From an uncultured Halobellus sp. (GTDB lineage: Archaea > Halobacteriota > Halobacteria > Halobacteriales > Haloferacaceae): 41,967 nucleotides of DNA. Below are positions 17,549-27,505 of the stretch, piece by piece. The translations under genes and the position numbers were made by a program. The DNA is taken from assembly GCA_964574565.1 (NCBI GenBank), contig CAZNOA010000001.1:1-41967 (forward strand), written 5' to 3'. The notes below the pieces were generated by a model. That model worked only from the letters and a program-made list of their open reading frames with translations. It was not told the origin of the DNA and made no database searches. Numbering within the stretch: position 1 is the first letter of the stretch; the number at the start of each line of letters is the position of its first letter.

Positions 17549-19135
17549 TTACGGGCCGAACGCCTCGTTGAGTCGCTTGCGGAACGCCTCCAGCTCCTCT
17601 AAGTGGTCGTTGATCTCGTCGAGTTCCGATTCGACGTCGGCCACGTCCTCACCGAGCCGGTTTTCGACGTCTGTCAGTCGAGTATCGACTTCCGCGAGGT
17701 CGTCCCAGACGTCGTCGAACTCCTCGTCGAAGCGACCCATCCGCGATTCGACCTCCGCGACCCGTTCCTCGTTCGCCTCGAGCCCCGCCGCGGCGTCATC
17801 GATCTGCTCGTACAGGGTCTCGACGTCGTCGCCGAGGTCCTCGACCGAGTGATCGAGCGCGGTCGTCTCCTCGTCTATCCGACCGACGTCGTCGCTGACC
17901 GCTTCGACGGTGTCCTCGACGCCAGAAATCGTCTCCTCGACCGTCGAAACGTCTGTTTCCACGCCGTCGACGCGTTCGGAGACGCCGTCGACATCGGCGG
18001 AGACCGACGCCACGGATTCGTCGACCGCCGAGAAGTCCTCGCGCAATTCGGAACGCGCCGTCTCGGCCGAGTCGAGGCGGCTCTCGAGCGCGGCCATCTC
18101 GTCGTCGACCGCATCGACTTTCGCATCGAGGTCGTCGAGGATCTCCCGAGCGGTCCCCTCGCCGTCGATGAACTCCGCGAGCGCGTCGGCGTACGCCTCG
18201 ATGTCCGCGACGCTCGACTGGAGGCGAGCGATCCGTACGTCGACGCTCTTCGGAACGCCGACCTCGAGCTCGGCGCGGAGCGTGGCGAGGTCGTCTTTGT
18301 CGACCGTACCGGAGCGTATCTCCGACGCGAGAGCGGCGGCGAGGCCGGATTCCGGCACGGGTTCCGATACGGTTCCCGCCTGCTCCTCGCCGTCGGCTGT
18401 CGCCGCCACCCCGTCGTCGACCGTCTCGTCTGCGTCCGGTTCGGGAGCCTCGGCCTCAGACGCTTCCTCCCCGGCGTGGGGTGTGACCACAGGCGTCGAG
18501 TCTTCTGCGACGGGTCGCGGGGCAGGTCGTTCGTCCGGCTCCTCTCGGGCGTCTCCCGGTGCTTCCTGACTGCCTTCCGGCCCGGCCTCGTCGTCTGCCG
18601 CTTCCGCTTCGTCCGCTTCGTCGTCTGATTCCACGGACACGTTTTCGGGGTCGGAGTCCCCGTCTCCGGTTGCGCGGACCGGCTCTTCCATCCCGGGGAG
18701 CGTGTCGCGATCACCGGAGAGGACCTCTCTGACGGCGTCGGTATCGGTGCCGAGCACGTCTTCGATCTCCTCGCCGACGGGGACGTGTTCGATCACGGGC
18801 GTCCCGAGGAAGCCGTCGAGGTCGGGGTCGTCGTCGCGGATACCGAAGACGGTCTCGACCGCGTCTCCCGGGTCTAGGACGCGCTCGAACTCGACGCGAT
18901 GGTCCTTGTACGCGGTCCAGTTCTCGCTCTCGTAGTCGGGGTGGAAGCCGATGCGGTCCATCGGGAACGACTCGGGGATCCGGTCGACGATGCGAACGCG
19001 CACCGGGTCCTCGCGGGTCGAAGAGAGCTCGTACATCACCGCGGGTACGGGAAACGCGTCGTCGGTAAATGACTTCTCGACGCGAATACCGTCATCGTCG
19101 ACGGTCGTCGTCGCTTCTGCCGTCCGTTCGCTCAT
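17549..19135 (-). CDS. Acidic protein with N-terminal globular domain, low-complexity linker and long C-terminal coiled coil
   Basis: Start MSERTAEA (19135); heptad pattern VSADVDGVSERVDGVETDVSTVEETISGVEDTVEAV... continues to the C-terminus. Confidence 0.82.
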   Translation of the reverse strand: MSERTAEATTTVDDDGIRVEKSFTDDAFPVPAVMYELSSTREDPVRVRIVDRIPESFPMDRIGFHPDYESENWTAYKDHRVEFERVLDPGDAVETVFGIRDDDPDLDGFLGTPVIEHVPVGEEIEDVLGTDTDAVREVLSGDRDTLPGMEEPVRATGDGDSDPENVSVESDDEADEAEAADDEAGPEGSQEAPGDAREEPDERPAPRPVAEDSTPVVTPHAGEEASEAEAPEPDADETVDDGVAATADGEEQAGTVSEPVPESGLAAALASEIRSGTVDKDDLATLRAELEVGVPKSVDVRIARLQSSVADIEAYADALAEFIDGEGTAREILDDLDAKVDAVDDEMAALESRLDSAETARSELREDFSAVDESVASVSADVDGVSERVDGVETDVSTVEETISGVEDTVEAVSDDVGRIDEETTALDHSVEDLGDDVETLYEQIDDAAAGLEANEERVAEVESRMGRFDEEFDDVWDDLAEVDTRLTDVENRLGEDVADVESELDEINDHLEELEAFRKRLNEAFGP

Positions 19136-19230
19136 ACCCTGACCGTTCCAGAGCAGGGGCTTAAATTCCACGGGCCGTGTTTCGTCGTTGATAACCGTCG
19201 ATCGGCGAAAAAAGGCGAATTCGGGATCGC

Positions 19231-20064
19231 CTATAGGTCGATCCGGTCGCCGATTTCGACGATCTCCAGGCGCTTCGGGTGCGAGAGACTTCGCACGTGC
19301 TCGTGGAGCGCGGTCGGGTCCGCTGTCAACCCCTTCCACATGTCCCAGTGGGTCGGGACGAGCCGGTCGAGCGCGAGATCGTTCGCGGCCTCGGCGATCT
19401 CGTTTTCGTCGCTGTACCACTTCGTTCGGACCGGTTCGCCGGTCTCTTTGTCCGGGACGTTCCCGACGGAGCCGAACGCGAGGATGCCGAGGTCGACGTC
19501 GAACGCGTCGGCCAGCTCGGAGAACGACGCCGACGGCTTGCTGTCTCCCGCGTGAAACACCGTTCCGGAGGGGTGTTCGATCACGTACCCGACCGGATGC
19601 GTCGCGTCGGAGTCGTGCGTTTCGACGACGTGGACGGTGAACTCACCGATCCGCACCTCGTCGCCTTCGGTGACCTCGAGGAACGCCTCCTCGCTCACCG
19701 CCCAGCGCTCCGTCCACCGCTCTTCGTCGCGGGCGACCGCGAGCGAGTCGTCGGGGGCGACGAAGTCGGCGTCCGTGTTCGCGAGGATCGGGGCTTGCGA
19801 GGGGCCGTGGACGTGGTCCGTGTGCTCGTGAGTCGCTAAGACCGCGTCGGCGACGTCGACATCCTCGGGATCGAAAGGCACCGGAATCATCCGAACGGTC
19901 CGCGGCGGATCGCCGGTTCCGACGTACGGGTCGATCCAGAGGACGGTCCCGTCTCTTCCCTTCATCGCGAACCCGTTACAGCCGAGATACCACAGCGCCA
20001 CCGTGTCGGGGTCGGCGTCCGCGACCGCGCGCGGCAGCCAGTCGCCCCAGTCGGAGTCGGTCAT
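19231..20064 (-). CDS. MBL-fold metallo-hydrolase (UlaG-like)
   Basis: WYLGCNGF, IDPY, THEHTDH, HAGDS, PTHWD. Confidence 0.9.
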   Translation of the reverse strand: MTDSDWGDWLPRAVADADPDTVALWYLGCNGFAMKGRDGTVLWIDPYVGTGDPPRTVRMIPVPFDPEDVDVADAVLATHEHTDHVHGPSQAPILANTDADFVAPDDSLAVARDEERWTERWAVSEEAFLEVTEGDEVRIGEFTVHVVETHDSDATHPVGYVIEHPSGTVFHAGDSKPSASFSELADAFDVDLGILAFGSVGNVPDKETGEPVRTKWYSDENEIAEAANDLALDRLVPTHWDMWKGLTADPTALHEHVRSLSHPKRLEIVEIGDRIDL

Positions 20065-20186
20065 GGTCGACTCTGTGCGGGCGCGTTCCGTAATCGTTCC
20101 GGAGTCCGCGGGAGTAGAAATGACAACTTAAATATATTTTGGCGTCTGAGGACAGTCTTATACACCCTAAGTCGCTATACCCAATC

Positions 20187-20999
20187 ATGGGCCGAACGGG
20201 TTCGGATTCGCGAGTCGCGTCGGTGCCGGATTCCGTCGCCGGCGAGCTCCACGCGGCGGTCGAGGCGCTCGCGGACGAGCTGCGCGACGCCGACCGGGCG
20301 GTGGCGCTCACGGGCGCGGGGCTCTCGGCCGCGTCGGGGATCCCCACGTTCCGCGGCGACGACGGGATATGGGGCGGGGCGTTCGACGAAGCGGCGTTTC
20401 ACGTCTCCCGATTCGAACGTGATCCGGGCGGGTTCTGGGTCGACAGAATACGGCTGTACGACCACATGGAGCCGGAAGGCGGGGCGGAGCCGAACGCGGC
20501 CCACGAGGCGCTCGCCGAACTGACGAACGCGGGCGCCCTCGACGCCGTCGTCACGCAGAACACGGACGGCCTCCACGACGCGGCCGGCACGGACGAGGTG
20601 GTCGAGTTACACGGGTCGAACGCCCGCGTGGTGTGTGCCGAGTGTGAGCGTCGGGTGCCGGCCGGCCCGATCCGGAAGCGGGCCCGTGACGGCGAACGTC
20701 CGCCCACCTGCGACTGCGGCGGACCGTACAAGCCGGACGTGGTGCTCTTCGGTGAACGCCTCCCGCAGGCGGCCTCTCGGCGGGCGAGGTCCCTCGCGGC
20801 CGAGAGCGACGTGTTCCTCGTCGCCGGCTCCTCGCTCACCGTCGACCCGGCGGCGTCGCTACCGACGCATCGGCGCGGAGCGACGCTCGCCGTCGTCAAC
20901 TTCGACCGGACGCGGTACGCCGGGACGGCCGAGTACGACCTCCGCGCCGACGTGACCGCGGTGCTCCCGAGCCTCGCAGACCGCGTGCTCACGCGCTGA
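20187..20999 (+). CDS. cobB: NAD-dependent protein deacylase (Sir2/CobB family)
   Basis: TGAGLSAASGIPTFRG, TQNTDGLH, ELHGS, CxxC/CxC, KPDVVLFGE, GSSL.V.PAA; start uncertain. Confidence 0.93.
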   Translation: MGRTGSDSRVASVPDSVAGELHAAVEALADELRDADRAVALTGAGLSAASGIPTFRGDDGIWGGAFDEAAFHVSRFERDPGGFWVDRIRLYDHMEPEGGAEPNAAHEALAELTNAGALDAVVTQNTDGLHDAAGTDEVVELHGSNARVVCAECERRVPAGPIRKRARDGERPPTCDCGGPYKPDVVLFGERLPQAASRRARSLAAESDVFLVAGSSLTVDPAASLPTHRRGATLAVVNFDRTRYAGTAEYDLRADVTAVLPSLADRVLTR

Positions 21000-21091
21000 A
21001 AGCGGCGTTCGACGGCGGTCGCAACGCCGGTGGCGGGGACCGTCGATCCGAGGGCCCGCAGGCTTAATCCGCGGCCGACCAAACGGTCCGT

Positions 21092-22543
21092 ATGATCACG
21101 ACGGAGCGGATGGCGGCCGTCGACGCCAACGCGGCCGCGCTCGGGGTGCCGCGCAAACAGCTGATGGAGTCGTCCGGGAACGCCGTCGCTCGCGAGGTCC
21201 GGGACGTCGCGGAGCCGGACGCGAGCGTCGCCCTCGTTTGCGGGCGCGGGAACAACGGCGGCGACGCCCTCGTCGCGGCGCGGTTTCTCTCCGCGTTCGA
21301 CGTGACGGTTCACCTGCTCGGTCGGCCCGAATCGATCCGGACGGAGATCGCCCGCGAGAACTGGGACGCGCTGCAAGCGGCCGAGGTCACGACCGAGACC
21401 GCGAGCGACTCGACTGACCTCGCGCTCGGCGACCCCGACATCGTTGTCGACGCGATGCTCGGCGCGGGCGTGCGGGGAGCGCTCCGCGAGCCGGAACGCT
21501 CGGCGGCGGTCGCGGTCAACGACGCCGGCGAGAACGGCACCGCGGTCGTCTCAGTGGACGTCCCGTCCGGAATCGACGCCGACACCGGTCGCCGGACGGG
21601 CGGGCCGGACGGCGTCGCCGTCGCGGCCGACCGCGTCGTCACGTTCCACGAACAAAAGCCCGGCCTCTCTGCGCTCGACGCCCGAGTGACGGTCGCGGAC
21701 ATCGGCATTCCGGCGGCCGCCGAGCGGTTCACCGGCCCCGGCGACCTGCTGGGGCTTGACCGCGATCCGACCACTCATAAGGGTGAGAACGGCGAAGTGT
21801 TGGTCGTCGGCGGCGGTCCGTACACGGGGGCGCCGTCGCTGTCGGCCCGAGCGGCCCTCCGGACGGGGGCTGACCTCGTTCGCGTCGCCTGCCCGGAGTC
21901 GGTCGCGCGGGAGGTGCAGGGGTTTTCGGAGAACTTGATCGTGTGCGAGCTACCGGGCGACCGCGTCGGCCCGAACCACCTCGAACGGGTGCGCTCGCTG
22001 GCCGCCGACAACGACGCGGTAGTGCTCGGCCCCGGCCTCGGCGAGGGAGACGAGACGGCCGAGTTCGTTGGCGAGTTCCTCGCCGCGTACGACGGCCGGG
22101 CCGTCGTGGACGCCGACGCGCTTCGGGTCGTCCCGACGGTCGACACCGACGCCGAGCTGATCTGTACGCCGCATCAGGGCGAGCTGGTCGGAATGGGCGG
22201 CGAGACCGACGACGACCCCGAAACCCGGGCGGCGCTCGTCGAGTCGTTCGCAGCCGATATCGGGCAGACCCTGCTCGTGAAGGGGGCCGCCGACGTGATC
22301 ACTGACGGCGAGGAAACCCGACTGAATCGGACGGGGAATCCGGGGATGACGGTCGGCGGCACCGGAGACGTGCTCGCGGGGACCGTCGGCGCGCTCGCGG
22401 CGACGACGGCCCCGTTTCGGGCGGCCGCCGTCGGGGCGTACGTCACCGGCGTCGCCGGGGATCTGGCCGCGGAAGCACACGGGTACGGCCTCGTGGCGAC
22501 GGACTTAATCGACCGGATTCCGGAGGCCATGCGTGATGAGTGA
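21092..22543 (+). CDS. nnr: Bifunctional NAD(P)H-hydrate epimerase/dehydratase
   Basis: LMESSG, CGRGNNGGD, VDVPSG, HKGENG, GPGLG, TPHQGE, GGTGDVLAG. Confidence 0.95.
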   Translation: MITTERMAAVDANAAALGVPRKQLMESSGNAVAREVRDVAEPDASVALVCGRGNNGGDALVAARFLSAFDVTVHLLGRPESIRTEIARENWDALQAAEVTTETASDSTDLALGDPDIVVDAMLGAGVRGALREPERSAAVAVNDAGENGTAVVSVDVPSGIDADTGRRTGGPDGVAVAADRVVTFHEQKPGLSALDARVTVADIGIPAAAERFTGPGDLLGLDRDPTTHKGENGEVLVVGGGPYTGAPSLSARAALRTGADLVRVACPESVAREVQGFSENLIVCELPGDRVGPNHLERVRSLAADNDAVVLGPGLGEGDETAEFVGEFLAAYDGRAVVDADALRVVPTVDTDAELICTPHQGELVGMGGETDDDPETRAALVESFAADIGQTLLVKGAADVITDGEETRLNRTGNPGMTVGGTGDVLAGTVGALAATTAPFRAAAVGAYVTGVAGDLAAEAHGYGLVATDLIDRIPEAMRDE

Positions 22544-23054
22544 AGACGAGGACGCGGAGGACGCCACCGACGAGCTGACCCACACGACCGGGTCGGGAGA
22601 CGTACAGATGGTCGACGTGGGGTCGAAGTCGGAGACGAGTCGTCGGGCGGTCGCCAGGGGCGAAATTCGACTGACCCCGTCGACGGTCGCCGCCGTCGAG
22701 GCCGACGAGGTCGAGAAGGGAGACGTGCTGGCGACCGCGCGGATCGGCGCGATACAGGCGGTCAAACACACATGGGAGACGATTCCGATGTGCCATCAGA
22801 TCCCGATCACGAACGTCGACACCGAGTTCGCCGTCGGCGACGGCCGGATCGAACTCACCGTCGCCGTCGAGACCACCGGTAAAACGGGTTGCGAGATGGA
22901 GGCCTTAGAGGGCGTCACAACCGGTCTCAACGTCGTCTGGGACATGGTCAAAGCCGCCGAAAAGAACGCGGACGGTCAGTACCCCGACACGGGGATCACC
23001 GACGTCGCGGTCGTCTCCAAGGAGAAGCGAGCGGTCGGTGCAGGCGAGGACTAA
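22536..23054 (+). CDS. moaC: Cyclic pyranopterin monophosphate synthase MoaC
   Basis: MVDVGSK, KGDVLATARIG, IPMCHQI, TGCEMEAL, WDMVKA; overlaps the nnr stop. Confidence 0.95.
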   Translation: MSEDEDAEDATDELTHTTGSGDVQMVDVGSKSETSRRAVARGEIRLTPSTVAAVEADEVEKGDVLATARIGAIQAVKHTWETIPMCHQIPITNVDTEFAVGDGRIELTVAVETTGKTGCEMEALEGVTTGLNVVWDMVKAAEKNADGQYPDTGITDVAVVSKEKRAVGAGED

Positions 23055-23123
23055 GCGTCGACGCGAGCGGGATACCACCTCGAAAACGCCCGGGCAAAGC
23101 GGTCGGAAAGAAGGGGCGAACCC

Positions 23124-25283
23124 TCAGTCGTCCGCCGGCTCGGGGCCCTCGTCGCTCCGCTTCCCTCCATCCGAGACGGTGACCGCGATCTCCGCAGACG
23201 CCGCCTTGTACTCGGGGATCTTCGCGCGCTCGTCGAGCACGTCGTTCGTGAGACGGTTCGCGGAGGCCGCCGCGAAGTGCGGCGTCGTCCAGACGACGCC
23301 CTCCTTGATGTCCTCGGTCACCTGCGCTCTCACGTCGATCTCGCCGCGGCGCGACCGAAGCGTCACCGTGTCGCCGTCCTCGATACCGTAGCGCTCGGCG
23401 TCGTTCGGGTGAACGTCGACGAAGTTCTCGGGGTGCTGACGCGAGAGCGTCGGCGACCGACGACTCATCGTGCCGGTGTTGTAATGCTCCTCGAGACGGG
23501 CCGTCGTGAGAATGAGCGGGTACTCCTCGTCGGGAACCTCAGCGGGCGGCTGGTGGCGAACGCCCTCGATCTGACCCAGCCCGCTCTCCGTGTCGAAGGA
23601 GTCCTCGTAGAGGTACTGGTCGCCCTCGTCGCCCTCCTCGTAGCAGGGCCACTGGATCCCCTCCTCCCCGAGCGCGTCGTAGGTCATCCCGTGATAGATC
23701 GGGCACACCCGTCGGAGCTCCTCGAAGACGGCCTCGGCGTCGTCGAACCGGAACCCCTCCTCGCCGAACAGCCGGCTCCCGACCTCCATCAGGATGTCGA
23801 GGTCGTGCTTCGTGTTCTCGTGAACCGTCTCGACGCCGCGCATCAGCTGGACGCGCCGGTCGGTGTTGGTGACGGTGCCGCCGCGCTCCGCCCACGTCGT
23901 CGCCGGCAGGATGACATCCGCGAGTTTGGCGGTCTCCGTCATGAAGATATCCTGTACGCAGAGGAACTCGAGATCCTCTGCGAATCGCTTCTCCGTCTGA
24001 TTGCCGTCCGGCTCGCTCATGATGGGGTTTTCACCCATCACGTACAGCCCGTGGACGGTGTCGCCGATCGCGTGCGAGATCTCGACGTTCGTGAGTCCGG
24101 GCTCGTCGGGGACTTCGAAGCCCCACACCTCCTCGACCGCCTGGCGGGCCTCGTCGTCGTCGACGAGCTGGTAGCCGGGAAGAACGTTCGGCATCGCGCC
24201 GACGTCACAGGTCCCCTGCACGTTGTTCTGGCCGCGAAGCGGGTTGACGCCGGTGCCCGGCTTCCCGAGGTTCCCCGTGATCAGCGCGAGGTTGATCTCG
24301 TTTTGCACGTTGTCGACGCCGCAGGTGTGCTGGCTCATCCCCATCCCGGTGAAGATGGCGGCGTTGTTCGCCATCGCGTACTTCTCCGCGGCGAGCTCGA
24401 TATCCTGCAAGGGAACGCCGCACTCCTCGGCGGCGGCTTCCTTGTCGAAGTCCGCGAGCGTCTCTTTGAGGTGGTCAAACCCCTTCGTCCGCTCTTCGAC
24501 GAACTCCTCGTCGATCCAGCCGGCGTCGGGATCGGCTTCGTGACCCTCGAGAATCGTTTTGAGGACGATATTGAGGAGCGGGATGTCGGTTCCGGGGTTC
24601 AATTGGAGGTGTTGGTGACGCTCCGTCTCGTCGATCTTGAACGAGCGCGTCGTCTTGTTGGCGTGCGGGTCGACCTGGATGACGGTCGCTCCCTCCAACA
24701 CCGCCTGTCGGAAGTACTGGCTGTTGGCGATGGGGTGTTGCTCGCCGGGGTTCGCGCCCTGGATCCAGAGGACGTCCGCCGACTCCTCTAAGTCAGCCAT
24801 GCTGTTGGTCATCGCACCCTGCCCGAGGCTGGTCCGGAGCGCCCATACGGTGGAGGCGTGACACATCCGCGTGCAGTTGTCGACCTGATTCGTGCCGTAT
24901 CGGCGCGCGAGCTTCTGGAGGAGGTAATTCTCCTCGTTCATCGTCTTCGAGGAGCCGAAGAATCCCATCCCGTCCGGGCCGTGCTGTTCGCGGATCCGTT
25001 CCATCTCCGAGACGATCCGGTCGTACGCCTCCTCCCACGTCGCCTCGCGGAACTCGCCGTCTTCTCTTACCAGGGGGTCGGTCAACCGGTCCTCGTGGTC
25101 GACGACCTGCGTCGCCGCGCCGCCCTTGATACAGACGCGTCCCTCGTTGACCGGGGCATCGCCCCACGGTATGAAGTTCACGTCGCCAGGGTCGTCGCCC
25201 TGGTTCACCTTGATTCCGCAGCCGACGCCGCAGTACGGGCAGATCGTCTTTACCGGCTCGTCGTTCTCAGTCGACATCGACAT
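23124..25283 (-). CDS. fdhF: Formate dehydrogenase alpha subunit (FdhF-like, Mo/W-bis-PGD, Cys ligand)
   Basis: CPYCGVGC...CIKG 4Fe-4S motif, DNCTRMCH, PLRGQNNVQG, KIPEYK; start may be 25277. Confidence 0.92.
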   Translation of the reverse strand: MSMSTENDEPVKTICPYCGVGCGIKVNQGDDPGDVNFIPWGDAPVNEGRVCIKGGAATQVVDHEDRLTDPLVREDGEFREATWEEAYDRIVSEMERIREQHGPDGMGFFGSSKTMNEENYLLQKLARRYGTNQVDNCTRMCHASTVWALRTSLGQGAMTNSMADLEESADVLWIQGANPGEQHPIANSQYFRQAVLEGATVIQVDPHANKTTRSFKIDETERHQHLQLNPGTDIPLLNIVLKTILEGHEADPDAGWIDEEFVEERTKGFDHLKETLADFDKEAAAEECGVPLQDIELAAEKYAMANNAAIFTGMGMSQHTCGVDNVQNEINLALITGNLGKPGTGVNPLRGQNNVQGTCDVGAMPNVLPGYQLVDDDEARQAVEEVWGFEVPDEPGLTNVEISHAIGDTVHGLYVMGENPIMSEPDGNQTEKRFAEDLEFLCVQDIFMTETAKLADVILPATTWAERGGTVTNTDRRVQLMRGVETVHENTKHDLDILMEVGSRLFGEEGFRFDDAEAVFEELRRVCPIYHGMTYDALGEEGIQWPCYEEGDEGDQYLYEDSFDTESGLGQIEGVRHQPPAEVPDEEYPLILTTARLEEHYNTGTMSRRSPTLSRQHPENFVDVHPNDAERYGIEDGDTVTLRSRRGEIDVRAQVTEDIKEGVVWTTPHFAAASANRLTNDVLDERAKIPEYKAASAEIAVTVSDGGKRSDEGPEPADD

Positions 25284-25457
25284 CACCGTGGTATGTGTTC
25301 ATATGTCACGGTTTGTAACGCGGGCCAGATGAGTGTGTCGGTGCGATCGACGCTCGCGAACCGGCACAGCGCCCGGAGCCAGCACGTCTCACCGCCGACT
25401 CACTCCATCGCCACCTCACCGCCGAACCGTTTTGTCGGCGGAGCCCGTTCGGCGCCC

Positions 25458-26105
25458 ATGGGACTCTCGATCGCCGATGTCGAAGCGCGCGTCCCGGAGC
25501 ACGTCGAAGCCTATCGCGAGACGGCACCGTTTTATCCGGTCGAGCAGGAGGCGATCGAGTCGCTCCCGGCGGCGTTCCGTGCCGGCGAGTACGGCCCGCG
25601 GGACCTCGAGTGGGTCGTCCGGTGGTACTTCCGGAGACGGGTCGGCGCGAGCGACCACGAGCGACGGCGGGCGGTCGAAGACGCGGTCGCCGACGTGGAC
25701 CGCGCGGCGATGCGGGCGGCGATGTGGGACGCGGTCGACGCGCTCGAAGAAGCGGGACGCCCCGGTGAGCGGGAGGGGTGCGGAACCCCGAACACAGGCG
25801 CCGCGCCCGCTCACCACCGCGCCCTCGAAGCGCTCACTCGGCTTCCAGGGGTCGACACCGCGGTCGGATCGGCGCTGCTGTGGTTCCTCGATCCTGATCG
25901 GTTCTTCGTCTTCGGCGACCGCGAGTGGCGGGTCGTCGCCGAACTCACCGACCTCGACGACGGATATCCGGAACCGATGACCGTCGAGGCGTACGACCGA
26001 TACCTCGATGCGGTCCGGCGGCTCGCGAGCGAGCTCGAGGTGGACCACTGGACGCTCTATCTCGTCGTCCAACGGGTGTACGCGGCGGAGTTCGGTGGGG
26101 CGTAG
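25458..26105 (+). CDS. Hypothetical protein with helix-hairpin-helix (HhH-GPD-like) segment
   Basis: ALEALTRLPGVDTAVGSALLWFLDPDRFFVFGDREWRVV resembles the HhH and downstream Asp region of DNA glycosylases; start MGLSIAD at 25458. Confidence 0.65.
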   Translation: MGLSIADVEARVPEHVEAYRETAPFYPVEQEAIESLPAAFRAGEYGPRDLEWVVRWYFRRRVGASDHERRRAVEDAVADVDRAAMRAAMWDAVDALEEAGRPGEREGCGTPNTGAAPAHHRALEALTRLPGVDTAVGSALLWFLDPDRFFVFGDREWRVVAELTDLDDGYPEPMTVEAYDRYLDAVRRLASELEVDHWTLYLVVQRVYAAEFGGA

Positions 26106-26170
26106 CGCGCTTGTCGACCGCGGGGCGATACCGGGTTGACGCGGGATCACTGCTGATCCGACGCGACAAC

Positions 26171-27370
26171 CTACCGGTCGATGAACGGTGGAATGACCAC
26201 TCGCGCCCGCTTCTCGTCGCCGCGGACTACCACGCTCACATTCGTGCCCGCTTCGGCGTAACTCTCGTGGAGGTATCCCAGTCCGATCGGCTCGTCGAGC
26301 GTCGGGCTCATCGTGCCGGACGTGAGATGACCGACTCGTGTGAGGTCACCGTCAGTAACCGCGTACCCGCCGCGGGGGACGCCTCGGTCGAGGAGCGTGA
26401 CACCGACGAACCGCTCCTCGACGCCGTCCTCCTTCTGGGCTTCTAAGGCGTCGCGCCCGACGAACTCCGTGTCGAGTTTCACGACGAACCCGATCCGGGC
26501 CTCGTACGGGGTCCGGGGCTCGTCGTCGGGGTCGAAATCCTGTCCGGAGAGGAGGTACCCCATCTCGGTCCTGAGGGTGTCTCGTGCGCCGAGCCCGCAG
26601 GGCTGTGCGTTCGTCGGCGCGTCCGCGAACGCGCTCCACACCGTCTCGACGGCGTCTGTCGGGCACATCACCTCAAATCCGTCCTCACCGGTGTAGCCGG
26701 TCCGTGCGACCCAGCTCTCCACGCCCCCGACCGCGGCGACGGTCGCCTCGAACTTCGAGAGGCCGACCACCCGGTCTCTCGGAGTCGCCTCGTCGAGCGC
26801 GTCGACGGCGTCGGGCCCTTGGACGGCGAGCATCGCCCAGTCGCTCGTCGCGTTCTCGACGGTCGCGTCGAGGTCCCACTCGTCGCGGAACCCCGTCCAC
26901 CGGTCGAGCATCTGCTCGTCGTGACCGGCGTTCGGCACGAAGAGGTACGCCGGGTCGCCAGCGGGCGCGTCGAGATCGACGCTGCCGGTCGCGTCTCCGT
27001 CTGACGCCCCGAGTTCCGCGAGGGCGTCCGTCCCGGCGCCGGCTTCGACCCCGTCGGGGAGCCGGTAGACGACGGTGTCGTCGAGCATGACGCCGTCCGC
27101 GTTCGTGATGGCGGCGTACTGCGAGTCCCCGGGGTCGAGGGCGCTCACGTCGTTCGTCGTCAACCGGTTCATCAGCCTCGTCGCGTCCGGACCCGCCACC
27201 TCGATTTCACCCATATGCGAGACGTCGAAGACGCCGACCGCCTCGCGGACCGCGGCGTGTTCCTCGCGGATCGAGTCGAACTCGACGGGCATCTGCCAGC
27301 CGCCGAAATCGGTGAACTTCGCGCCGCGCGCGTCGTGGACGTCGTGAAGCGGTGAGGCTCGATCGGTCAT
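26171..27370 (-). CDS. gcvT: Glycine cleavage system T protein (aminomethyltransferase)
   Basis: FGGWQMPV, EEHAAVRE, FDVSHMGE, ARTGYTGEDGFE, GLGARDTLRTEMG, SGTMSPTL; ATG at 27370. Confidence 0.95.
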   Translation of the reverse strand: MTDRASPLHDVHDARGAKFTDFGGWQMPVEFDSIREEHAAVREAVGVFDVSHMGEIEVAGPDATRLMNRLTTNDVSALDPGDSQYAAITNADGVMLDDTVVYRLPDGVEAGAGTDALAELGASDGDATGSVDLDAPAGDPAYLFVPNAGHDEQMLDRWTGFRDEWDLDATVENATSDWAMLAVQGPDAVDALDEATPRDRVVGLSKFEATVAAVGGVESWVARTGYTGEDGFEVMCPTDAVETVWSAFADAPTNAQPCGLGARDTLRTEMGYLLSGQDFDPDDEPRTPYEARIGFVVKLDTEFVGRDALEAQKEDGVEERFVGVTLLDRGVPRGGYAVTDGDLTRVGHLTSGTMSPTLDEPIGLGYLHESYAEAGTNVSVVVRGDEKRARVVIPPFIDR

Positions 27371-27505
27371 ACCGGCATCTCTCCCGGACGAACCTAAGGT
27401 CTTGCTATCGGGGTGAAGAGGTGTTATGCGACTATTCGGGAGCCTCGATCGACTCTGCCGCGGGGCGCCGACAGTCTCAAGCCGTCCCCGCTCACCACTT
27501 CGGAC

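Noticed and set aside
23124-25283. Selenocysteine-containing formate dehydrogenase
   Set aside because: The active-site ligand is encoded as Cys (RMCH) and the ORF has no in-frame TGA.
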